This document shows, piece by piece, positions 9,661 through 17,602 of a DNA stretch of 52,374 nucleotides. The notes under the pieces were generated by a model. The model ran no database searches. It was not told the origin of the DNA and was given only the letters and a program-made list of their open reading frames with translations. Position numbers and translations under genes: made by a program. Origin of the DNA: a virus (Duplodnaviria > Caudoviricetes); IMG/VR virus record IMGVR_UViG_3300028364_000046, positions 1 to 52,374 of that record; one strand, 5' to 3'. How positions within the stretch are numbered: the first letter of the stretch is position 1; each line of letters opens with the position of its first letter.

Positions 9661-9886
9661 TTTGTTTGGGCTCCCTTATATATGCACGTGGGCAGGCGTG
9701 GAGGCATATTTGAGGGCGTGCTTGTGGGCGGACTGGGGATCAGCCTGAAGGTATACGGGGCAAGGGTTTCAGGCTTTCTGGGGATCGGCTGGAAAGCTTA
9801 CTGGTGAGGGCTGGAAGGTATACGGGGCAAGGCTTTGGGCTTAGGGGCATGCCAACCAGGAGGCTGGAAGGCATGCCCCGTAAGGG

Positions 9887-10225
9887 TTAGAAGTCGATTC
9901 TAGTTACCCGGTAGGTGATTTCCATGGCGTTGATTTTAGAATTAAATTCCATCTTTGCAGAAGTATGCTGGATGTTTTCCCACACATCTTCGAACAACGC
10001 GGAATTATTCACATTGTTCACGGTGAACACTAAGTCCAACGAACAGATTCTGGCTTTGCCTGCCCGTGTTTCTACCCTAGGTGTGGCGGCCAGCCTGTAG
10101 TTGGCCATGTAGAAAGACCCAGCACTGAACGTAGGCAGTCCAATCTCATTCAACGTCTGGTTCAACACCATCAGTTGCAGTGCGTCCAGGTTTCTCATGA
10201 CTTGATTTAAGGTGACAAAATTCAT
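9887..10225 (-). CDS. Early protein family A (no Rho-N-like domain)
   Basis: LNQTLNEIGLP...YRLAATPRV...LDLVFTVN...LFEDVW matches the family. Confidence 0.85.
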   Translation of the reverse strand: MNFVTLNQVMRNLDALQLMVLNQTLNEIGLPTFSAGSFYMANYRLAATPRVETRAGKARICSLDLVFTVNNVNNSALFEDVWENIQHTSAKMEFNSKINAMEITYRVTRIDF

Positions 10226-10318
10226 TTTGAAGTTTCTCGGTAGGTTTGTTTGCTTGACTCTTTTAGTATGACCTGTTGCCGGAAGAATAGAACCAGTAAA
10301 TACACCTAACTTTCAGAA
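10226..10318 (-). promoter_or_regulatory. Conserved early promoter/leader cassette 5
   Basis: GTTAGGTGTATTTACT...GGTCATACTAAAAGAGTCAAGCAAACAAACC. Confidence 0.85.
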
Positions 10319-10434
10319 TTGGTTCTTTATATGTATGCACGTGTGTATGCGAGGGCATGTGGAGGCTGACTGGGGGTATGCGTGGCAAGGCTTTCAGGCT
10401 GGGCGGGGATCAGCCAGAAGTTGGTTGGAGGCGT

Positions 10435-10522
10435 GTCCTGGAGGCCATTTAAGGCTTGCTAATCGGCCAGGTGGGTTTATACCAGCCAATCGGATTAGCA
10501 AGCCTTAAATGGCCTCTGGGAG
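10435..10522. repeat. Dispersed inverted-repeat element
   Basis: gaggccatttaaggcttgctaatc ... gattagcaagccttaaatggcctc, with N36 between the 9-mer arms. Confidence 0.9.
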
Positions 10523-10532
10523 GCCGGTGAGC

Positions 10533-11003
10533 TTACAGGCGGATATTGGGCACGGAGAACTTAATTTCTAAGGATTGGGTGGCGTTATTGAATTTAATTC
10601 CGTTGTAGGAGGAAGCGTATCGTACCAATACATTTTCGTAAGTGACCAAATCCTGCTTTTGGCTGACGTGGAAGGTTAGAGAAATCTGTTCTACTTCTTG
10701 GCCGTAGAGTCCCAAACGCAGGCGGGGCTTGGCTCTCAGGCTGTAGTACTCTTCGCAAACTTTTGGCAAACCTTGAGTTTCTAGCTGGCGGTTGAGGTCC
10801 ATGATTTGGGTAATAAGCATGCCATCCAAGACTGTTGTAATGGAAGTGGTGTCCACCTCAATGTTGAATTCAGGGCGTGCCTTAAGTGCTTCACTTAGCT
10901 GCTCTTTTGTCACGTTCCAGGCACTTGGTATGCCTAGCTTTTGGGCAAGAGTCATCATCTGAAAAGTGGTCATGTTATTGATTAGGGATTGGAGGTTGGC
11001 CAT
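10533..11003 (-). CDS. Early protein family A with Rho-N-like N-terminus
   Basis: Paralogue. Only the short leader CCGAGAAATTAAATG remains upstream. Confidence 0.85.
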   Translation of the reverse strand: MANLQSLINNMTTFQMMTLAQKLGIPSAWNVTKEQLSEALKARPEFNIEVDTTSITTVLDGMLITQIMDLNRQLETQGLPKVCEEYYSLRAKPRLRLGLYGQEVEQISLTFHVSQKQDLVTYENVLVRYASSYNGIKFNNATQSLEIKFSVPNIRL

Positions 11004-11207
11004 TTAATTTCTCGGTGTGTATACGGGCATGCGTGGTGTGGGCTGGGGATCAGTGGAAGGTATGCCACCAAAGGCTTACAGGCAGCCTGAGCAAGCCCGG
11101 GACTGGCCTGGAGGCTTGCTGGAGGCTGGGCAGCCTAGCGGCCTCAAGCAGCCTGTAGGGGCCTCAGGCAGCCTGAGCAGCCTGAGGCTTTCTGAGGCTG
11201 CGTAGAA

Positions 11208-11693
11208 TTACAGGTGGATGTCAGGAACTCGGAAGTTCACTTGGGCGTTGCCTACTACTTTGCTGAAGTTGGCTCCGCGAGAAGCGCCCCTCACTTTGGA
11301 CCATACTTGGTCAAATAGCTTTCTGTCTTCTCCTTGGTTGACTTTGAACAGCAGGCTGACACACTTAATTTGAGGCCCGTGTGCTTTGAATTCCACACTT
11401 GGCTCAGCACGCAGACTGAAGTTGCCGATGAACAATCCGCCGCGGAAGATGGCAGGCAGGCCGCGGGCTTCCAGCTGTTGGTTTAACTCCCACACTTGGG
11501 CTTCACTTAGGTGTCTCATAACCTTGTCCAGGCTGTCCAGGTCAATCGACGACTGGAACTTGGGGTTGGCGTTGACGGCCTGCATGACCTGCGCCTTGCT
11601 GCACTCCCAGGGGTTGGGCATACCTAGCTCTTCGGCCAGGGCGTTCAGATTTCTCGAGGACATGGAGTTGATTTGGGATTTGAGGTTAATCAT
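11208..11693 (-). CDS. Early protein family A with Rho-N-like N-terminus
   Basis: Paralogue ending F.VP(D/N)I.L like the other members. Confidence 0.85.
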   Translation of the reverse strand: MINLKSQINSMSSRNLNALAEELGMPNPWECSKAQVMQAVNANPKFQSSIDLDSLDKVMRHLSEAQVWELNQQLEARGLPAIFRGGLFIGNFSLRAEPSVEFKAHGPQIKCVSLLFKVNQGEDRKLFDQVWSKVRGASRGANFSKVVGNAQVNFRVPDIHL

Positions 11694-11785
11694 TTAAGTT
11701 TCTCGGTAGGTTTGTTTGCTTGACTCTTTTAGTATGACCTGTTGCCGGAAGTAATAAAGCGGTGTATCTACTTAACTTCTAGAAT
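11694..11785 (-). promoter_or_regulatory. Conserved early promoter/leader cassette 7
   Basis: Near-identical to cassettes 5 and 9. Confidence 0.85.
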
Positions 11786-11794
11786 TTGGCCTCT

Positions 11795-11824
11795 TATGTG
11801 TGTGTGTGTGTGTGTGTGTATATG
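11795..11824. repeat. (TG)11 microsatellite within a 30-bp alternating purine-pyrimidine tract
   Basis: tatgtgtgtgtgtgtgtgtgtgtgtatatg read directly. Confidence 0.95.
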
Positions 11825-12035
11825 GGAATGCATGAGTGTATGCATGCATGCGTGTGGGCGTGCTTACAGGTGGGCTGGAAGGCATGCCACCAAAGGCTTC
11901 CAGGCTTGCTGGGGATCAGCCTGAGGGCATGCTTACAGGTGGGCTAGGGGTATGCCACCAAAGGCTTCCAGGCTTGCTGGGGATCAGCCTGAGTGGAATG
12001 CCAACCAGAAGGCTGGAAGGCATGCCACGCAAGGA

Positions 12036-12257
12036 TTACATGCTGTTTAGGGCGTGCTTAACTAGGCAAGCACAGGCTTCTTCGAGAGTATTAAAATGGG
12101 TCTGAGGCATGTTGGGGAACTCTTCATATTCGTTACAGATACTCCAGACATCATTACTTTTTATTACGTAATGGCCATAAGCAAATTCATTATCATTTAT
12201 AAACATCTCGTAGCACTGGTAAGAGGTGAGTTCGAAAGTGGCTTTGAAGTTAATCAT
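12036..12257 (-). CDS. Early hypothetical protein, family B
   Basis: YVIKSNDVWSI...FNTLEEA motif; promoter upstream. Confidence 0.8.
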   Translation of the reverse strand: MINFKATFELTSYQCYEMFINDNEFAYGHYVIKSNDVWSICNEYEEFPNMPQTHFNTLEEACACLVKHALNSM

Positions 12258-12344
12258 TTAATTTCTCGGTTGGGTTTGTTTGCTTGACTCTTTTAATATG
12301 ACCTGAATTCTGGGGAATAAAATCAGTAAATGTACTTAACTTTG
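12258..12344 (-). promoter_or_regulatory. Conserved early promoter/leader cassette 8
   Basis: Same conserved block. Confidence 0.85.
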
Positions 12345-12430
12345 GTTGATCCCCAGAATTTGTATGTGGGTGTTTATACCAGGCCCAGGCATGCCAGCCA
12401 GAGGGCTGGAAGGCATGCCAGGCAAGGGTT

Positions 12431-12610
12431 CTAGCCGTTTCCTTGGAGTTGGTCAATCACATCTTGGAGTCTGAGATTCATACTCATAATCTCATTTAAG
12501 TAGCCCTTAGAATCAGGCAACTTTTCCAACTCTTTAATAGACTTCTGAATGGTGGCCACCTTATTGGCGAAGGTAATGATTTGAATTGCTTGGGCTTCTT
12601 TATTAGTCAT
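12431..12610 (-). CDS. 59-aa early helical-hairpin protein, family C (absent from the ORF track)
   Basis: Hand translation: MTNKEAQAIQIITFANKVATIQKSIKELEKLPDSKGYLNEIMSMNLRLQDVIDQLQGNG*. Preceded by the conserved leader; aligns without gaps to 13270-13455. Confidence 0.8.
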   Translation of the reverse strand: MTNKEAQAIQIITFANKVATIQKSIKELEKLPDSKGYLNEIMSMNLRLQDVIDQLQGNG

Positions 12611-12702
12611 TTAAGTTTCTCGGTAGGTTTGTTTGCTTGACTCTTTTAATATGACCTGTATCCGGAATTAATAAAGCAGTAAATACACCTAACTTCTAGA
12701 AT
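12611..12702 (-). promoter_or_regulatory. Conserved early promoter/leader cassette 9
   Basis: Same conserved block. Confidence 0.85.
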
Positions 12703-12744
12703 TTGTTTGGGGCTCTTATATATATGTATATGCATGCCTGCGCG

Positions 12745-13022
12745 TAAGGGGATCAGTCCAAAGGCATACGGTGCAAGGCTTTTAGGCACTCTGGGGATCA
12801 GCCAAAATCTAGCCGGGGATCAGCCCAAATTTTTATGAATATAGCCGGGGATCAGCCCGAATTTTTATGAATATTAAAAAGTCTGCCTACTAAACTTTAT
12901 GCATACTCTGAGTTGGAATACTAAACTTTATGCGTATTCATACTTTTTCATGAGCGTGCTTCCACATGAACGTATGAGCATACATCCACATGAACGTATG
13001 AGTGTGCTTTCACATGAGCGTG
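12745..13022. repeat. Iteron-like direct-repeat cluster
   Basis: 4x GGGGATCAG, 2x tttttatgaatat, 2x tactaaactttatgc, and several catgaacgtatgag / catgagcgtg units. Confidence 0.8.
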
Positions 13023-13269
13023 GATTCACTATTTGGTAGCCCGGCCGGCCCCATACACGCTCATACGTTCATGTATTCATGCTTTTAAGAAGCCTGAACG
13101 TATGAGCGTGCGTTCATGTATTCTTAATTGCAAAAGGGTACTATATAACCATATAGCTATATGGCAATATAATTGTGCGGCAATATAACCATATAGCTAT
13201 ATAGCAATTAAGTTTTAGAACGGAAATCCAACCAAAAAAGTTGATTGGTTGAATTCCAGTTCCCTAATT

Positions 13270-13455
13270 TTAATTTTCCATTTGTTCTAGAATTTTTTCG
13301 AGTTTTTTATTCAAATCCAAAAGTTTAGAAACATTTTCCCAAGAAATTGGCAAATCTTTTGAGATATTTAATAAAACTCTGGCTTTTAGAATTTTATCTT
13401 CCAAATCTCTAAGTAAATTTGCTTGAGCAAGTTTTTGTGTTTTTTCGTCGTACAT
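13270..13455 (-). CDS. 61-aa early protein, family C, very AT-rich
   Basis: AQA...K...LP.S...N..L..I..Q matches 12431-12610; promoter upstream. Confidence 0.75.
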   Translation of the reverse strand: MYDEKTQKLAQANLLRDLEDKILKARVLLNISKDLPISWENVSKLLDLNKKLEKILEQMEN

Positions 13456-13547
13456 CTTAAGAAGTCTCGTGATTTGTTTGCTTGACCTTTTTATTATAAC
13501 GGAATAAAGTCTGAAGTGTACCAGTAAATATACTTAACTTTTAGAAT
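13456..13547 (-). promoter_or_regulatory. Conserved early promoter/leader cassette 10 (consensus TATAAT -10)
   Basis: GTTAAGTATATTTACTGG...GTTATAATAAAAAGGTCAAGCAAACAAATC. Confidence 0.85.
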
Positions 13548-13749
13548 TGAATACATAACCACATAACCATACAACTATATGGCTATATTGCTATATTGCT
13601 ATATGGTTATATGAGCGTGCGTTCAGGCTTCTTAAAAGCATGAATACATGAACGTATGGACGTGCTTAGGGTGGCCCGGGGCTACTTTTAATAAGCATGA
13701 ATACATGAGCGTGCTTGAGGGGCTTGTGGGCTACCAAATAGTGGTCTTG

Positions 13750-13830
13750 TGGCGTCCACGGAGGCTTGCTAAGTGGTTTACTGGTGTAATGCCTATTGAC
13801 GGGTTTAGCAAGCCTTAATGGACGACGGGG
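13750..13830. repeat. Dispersed inverted-repeat element
   Basis: aggcttgct-N36-agcaagcct. Confidence 0.85.
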
Positions 13831-13845
13831 AAGCCTTAGGTGGAT

Positions 13846-14067
13846 TTATAGGCCGCTTTCGTAACTCTGCGCAAACTGGATAAGCCGTCTTTTAGCTTCT
13901 TTAAGTGTTTGGAATTCACTTTCATATAAATGGTCAATTTCAAACTCGTTACTGTCTATGGCCCACATACCATCGTTCTTAATTAGGTAGTAGGGAAAGG
14001 GGTCTTCGTTGTAGTTGATGTACAGGTAGTAACAACTAGCGTAAGTAAGCCTGAAAGTATAATTCAT
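13846..14067 (-). CDS. Early hypothetical protein, family B
   Basis: YLIKNDGMWAI...EFQTLKEAK motif; AGTATACT -10-like box upstream. Confidence 0.8.
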   Translation of the reverse strand: MNYTFRLTYASCYYLYINYNEDPFPYYLIKNDGMWAIDSNEFEIDHLYESEFQTLKEAKRRLIQFAQSYESGL

Positions 14068-14121
14068 TTGAGTGCCTGTAAATTACTTCTAAGTATACTT
14101 TGAAAGAGCTTGTGATATAAC

Positions 14122-16131
14122 CTAGGTATACTTTGCAAGCAACAAAGTCTTCTGTGAGTCAGGCCCACTTTGCGTAACTGTTATGTTGTACACCAGGTAG
14201 CCAGATACATTGCCTAAGTGGTCAGTGTAGCTTATAGACTGGCCTAGGGATGCTGGAAAGAAGTATGAGACAGCCACCTCAATGCTTTGGGCTAGGCTGT
14301 TGTTCTCTTTAAGCGTTCTTGTCCCGTACACTTGGAGTTGGGAAAGAGTGTAACAAAATGGCGCTTCTATGGACTCAGGTACGCCCTCTAGTTGCTCTGC
14401 GGCGGAGTCGGTTATGCTGTCAAAAACCAACGCAGACTTTAGGCCAGGACGAACCCACTTAGAGCCACTTGGGCTTTCTGGAGTTACTACTGCGGGTTGG
14501 ACAATAAATGACTTGTCAGAGTCTGAATAAGCGCCCTCTGAGGTAACTTTGGACCACTCTTGCGTAAATCCCTCAAAAGTACTGGTCTCTTGTGGGTTGC
14601 TTGTAAGTGTAGAAAAGCGCTCGTCAGAAACACCATGCAAGCGGTACACAAAATTGTTATCAAGCTTGTAAGTTTCTTTACGTATTGCCGTAAGGAGGTG
14701 GATATAGTCCTTTACGCATACTTCGTTGTTCACTTGCGGTGTATTTACGTACGTCTCAATAGCGTATTCCAGGTTGCCACTGAATAGTCTCCAAACGCGT
14801 GGGCTGTCTGCGTAGTTGGAATCACTTGAGAGCAGACGGTCAGAAGCTTGGTATTGCTTGCCCACCACCCAAGTTTCTGACTTGCTGACTAGGAAGCTGC
14901 CTGAAGCGTGTGGGTAGTAGCCGAGTGCTAGGGTGGTAGTACTTACAATCTGCCAGGATGTGGGTATGGGAGTCCCGTCACACTGGTCCTCGCTATAGTC
15001 AGCATCTGAGATTACTGAGGCTGTGGGCACGTATCCCATAAGTACTTTTGTTTGGAACACTAGGGTATCACCTATGAAGTGGCTGGTTATGGTGGTCTCC
15101 GTGTAGCCACTTTGGAACCATGGACGTATGTTGGAGGGCAAGCTAGAGACTATTTTAGAGACTTCTATGCGTGGATGCAAACTCTCTAAGATTTCATACT
15201 GGTTGCTAACACGCAGTCTAGGTATGGCCACATAACTGGAGGCTACTTGCGTGTCAACCTCAAGTGTGTTTTGAAAGCTGAGGGGCAAGCTAAAGTTTTC
15301 TAGGTAGTTGGGCCTAGGTATTGCTATAATTCCGCCTGAGGGATTACACCTAACGTCCTGGTTAGTAGGCGCGTAAAGTGCCTGCAAATACTGGTAAGGG
15401 GTTTCAGATGAAAATGTTTGGTCATTGCGGTCAATCAGCTGGTGGCCATTGGGGAATGTACGGGTAAGTAGGCCATTATATTGCGCGTATATTTTTGCTG
15501 CTTGTTGTGCAGTCCTAGGCAATTCCCCGCAATACAGTTTGGTTCTCATTCTTGCTCTTTCGTTGAACAGCGCCAACTCATCACCCAGACTCAGGGTGGC
15601 AGAAAAGTAGCCTGACTCTTCGATCGACAGAATAGGGCTAGCTAGTAAGTAAAGTGAGGCTATGCTGAGTGTTTGAAATAGCTTGGATGTGGCCTGGCTG
15701 GTTGCTGGTAAGGCAAACTGTTGAGTGACTTCAAAGCGTTGTCCAACAGCCAACAAGAAGTCTGGAGGCAGGCCTGTGAGTGATACGTATCCTTCTATGA
15801 GGCCACTTAGGGGGAAGCTAAGTGAAAAGCCATTAACGTACTCACCTAGCTGAAGGTTGTCTGAGGTGCGCGTGAGGCCTACTGACGAAACGGAGGTGGT
15901 TAGATTTAGGCTAGGCTGGGAAGTAAGCCTAGGTAGTCCAGCAAACTGAAAGCCAGCTGATGTAGGGCTTTGGCTTGCTTGGGGTGTAGGTGCGTCTAGT
16001 ATTAGTCCCGCGGGCATACTTAGACTGTCTAGCAGAGTGCCTGTGAAGTTTATACCGCTGTTGGTTTCTAAGGCTGCTAGAAAGGTTAACCCAGGCCTGC
16101 TAGGTGTGTTCCCCGTGAGAGCTAAGGTCAT
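14122..16131 (-). CDS. Putative tail tip/hub protein
   Basis: 669 aa, Ser/Thr-rich. The C-terminus ASLGQSISYTD...YLVYNITVTQ...KTLLL resembles a tail-hub C-terminal OB-like end. Inference only. Confidence 0.5.
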   Translation of the reverse strand: MTLALTGNTPSRPGLTFLAALETNSGINFTGTLLDSLSMPAGLILDAPTPQASQSPTSAGFQFAGLPRLTSQPSLNLTTSVSSVGLTRTSDNLQLGEYVNGFSLSFPLSGLIEGYVSLTGLPPDFLLAVGQRFEVTQQFALPATSQATSKLFQTLSIASLYLLASPILSIEESGYFSATLSLGDELALFNERARMRTKLYCGELPRTAQQAAKIYAQYNGLLTRTFPNGHQLIDRNDQTFSSETPYQYLQALYAPTNQDVRCNPSGGIIAIPRPNYLENFSLPLSFQNTLEVDTQVASSYVAIPRLRVSNQYEILESLHPRIEVSKIVSSLPSNIRPWFQSGYTETTITSHFIGDTLVFQTKVLMGYVPTASVISDADYSEDQCDGTPIPTSWQIVSTTTLALGYYPHASGSFLVSKSETWVVGKQYQASDRLLSSDSNYADSPRVWRLFSGNLEYAIETYVNTPQVNNEVCVKDYIHLLTAIRKETYKLDNNFVYRLHGVSDERFSTLTSNPQETSTFEGFTQEWSKVTSEGAYSDSDKSFIVQPAVVTPESPSGSKWVRPGLKSALVFDSITDSAAEQLEGVPESIEAPFCYTLSQLQVYGTRTLKENNSLAQSIEVAVSYFFPASLGQSISYTDHLGNVSGYLVYNITVTQSGPDSQKTLLLAKYT

Positions 16132-16182
16132 TGCTCAAAATCTCAAATATAATTTTTAATTAAGTGCCAACAAAAGGGCCCC

Positions 16183-16292
16183 AGGCATGCATGACACACT
16201 TGAGGCTTGCTTGAGGCATACCTGACGTATACCTGAAGCACACTTGAGGCTTGCTTGACGCATACCTGAAGCACGCTTGAGGCTTGGCTATG
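16183..16292. repeat. Short imperfect direct repeats (catacctgaagcac.cttgaggcttg)
   Basis: 2-3 copies in the intergenic spacer. Confidence 0.7.
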
Positions 16293-17061
16293 GCTTGGAA
16301 GGCTTGCTGACGTTACTTGATAAGGTGTACTCAAGACTCTTAATGTTTTTTATTAAAGATTTGGGGAGCTCTTCAAGTGGTTCTTCCATGTATCCTAGTG
16401 AGACCACACCCATGAGTATGTTGCCTAGGTGGAGCCCGTAGAGCACTGTGTGGTAGCCTTGTATTTGCTTAGTTATTTGTTTGGTATCAGCAAAGCATCC
16501 TGACACTTTGTTGTTGTACAGCTTAACGCTTACCTCGGTGGGATTGAGATTTTGTAAGTGTTTTAAGGGTAGCAAGGTGTTGGGTTCGTTTACGGTGTAG
16601 TCCCAGTTGAGGTTGCAAAAGTGATAACCAAACTCTGACACTTCACCATTAGAAAGTACACCTAAAGCACACCATTTTGCCGTGGTTGAATTAAGTATCT
16701 TATTGACGTGGTATAAGACCTCTTTCTTAAGCTCTGAGGTGGGATCTAAGGTATACTTATAAGCGTCCTTGGGTTGGACTTTAAGAAATTTTATAGTTGT
16801 TTGTAAGCTTTCTTTAAGCTTGCCTAGGCTTATGCGTGTGATGATTAACGACATGGATGCAACAAGCAAAGCAATATCCAGCAAGCCTGTGAAAACTTCT
16901 GGATTGTCGTCTACCCACTTGTTGATAATAGGAGGGTGTGTGGGATGCTCTTCTCGTGTTTCCATTTCAATAGGCCTAGTGTGATACAACTTAAGTACGC
17001 TAAGACAACCCAGGGCTGCCGATAGTAGCAGTATCAACTTCTGTCCATACTTTAAGTGCAC
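16288..17061 (-). CDS. Membrane protein with a GAF-like C-terminal domain (T4-holin-like architecture, tentative)
   Basis: Two hydrophobic helices, then LSNG...GYHF...LQNLN...LMGVVSLGY. Confidence 0.45.
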   Translation of the reverse strand: MHLKYGQKLILLLSAALGCLSVLKLYHTRPIEMETREEHPTHPPIINKWVDDNPEVFTGLLDIALLVASMSLIITRISLGKLKESLQTTIKFLKVQPKDAYKYTLDPTSELKKEVLYHVNKILNSTTAKWCALGVLSNGEVSEFGYHFCNLNWDYTVNEPNTLLPLKHLQNLNPTEVSVKLYNNKVSGCFADTKQITKQIQGYHTVLYGLHLGNILMGVVSLGYMEEPLEELPKSLIKNIKSLEYTLSSNVSKPSKP

Positions 17062-17195
17062 ATACAGATCAACTTTTGCTTATACATTAATTTGCTAATA
17101 AGAGACCACAGTACTGCTAAGTGTATAGGCTTATAGACGCTCGGTGCAAATTACGTCTGCCTTAAATTGCTAATGTCTTGCCATACAAGCTTGTG

Positions 17196-17268
17196 GCAGC
17201 TGTGTGGGCTTGTTAGTTGGTTTCCTAGTGGTTAATAAGGCAAACTGGTTGACGTGCCTCCGTGGGCT
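17196..17268. repeat. Degenerate inverted-repeat element
   Basis: gggcttgtt-N36-gacgtgcct. Confidence 0.55.
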
Positions 17269-17602
17269 TTGTGGCTCTAGAAGGTATACTAATGGGGCAC
17301 TAGAAAATGGCGGAATCCTGTAACCCATGTATACCAAGCATTACACCTCAGAAGTGCGGGGGGCCTATGGGTATGAAGTTGGAAAGCTGCTTGTAGTGTT
17401 GGAAAGCATGGTGGGCATGCTCTACAGGCTTTTTAGCATACCCTGGGCGATAGCAGCCCTAAGTAATAATTTGGAAAAAGGGCATGTGAGTTACACGAAA
17501 AAAAAAAAGCACTAGGTGTACTGGTGAATGTACTGGTATAAAAGTGGCCACTCAAGTTTCCTCAAGTGGCCAATAGTTGTTCTAAGTTGTTAATACGGGC
17601 GC

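Larger units (their letters stand above)
13027..13743. repeat. Nested long inverted repeat enclosing an AT-rich gene (candidate origin or genome-end region)
   Basis: Perfect arms of 16 bp (13027-13042/13728-13743), 39 bp (13062-13100/13620-13658) and 15 bp (13143-13157/13598-13612). Confidence 0.9.

Noticed and set aside
17327-17515. 62-aa ORF
   Set aside because: It is isolated, opposes the neighbouring genes, ends in a homopolymer A run and lacks the typical leader.
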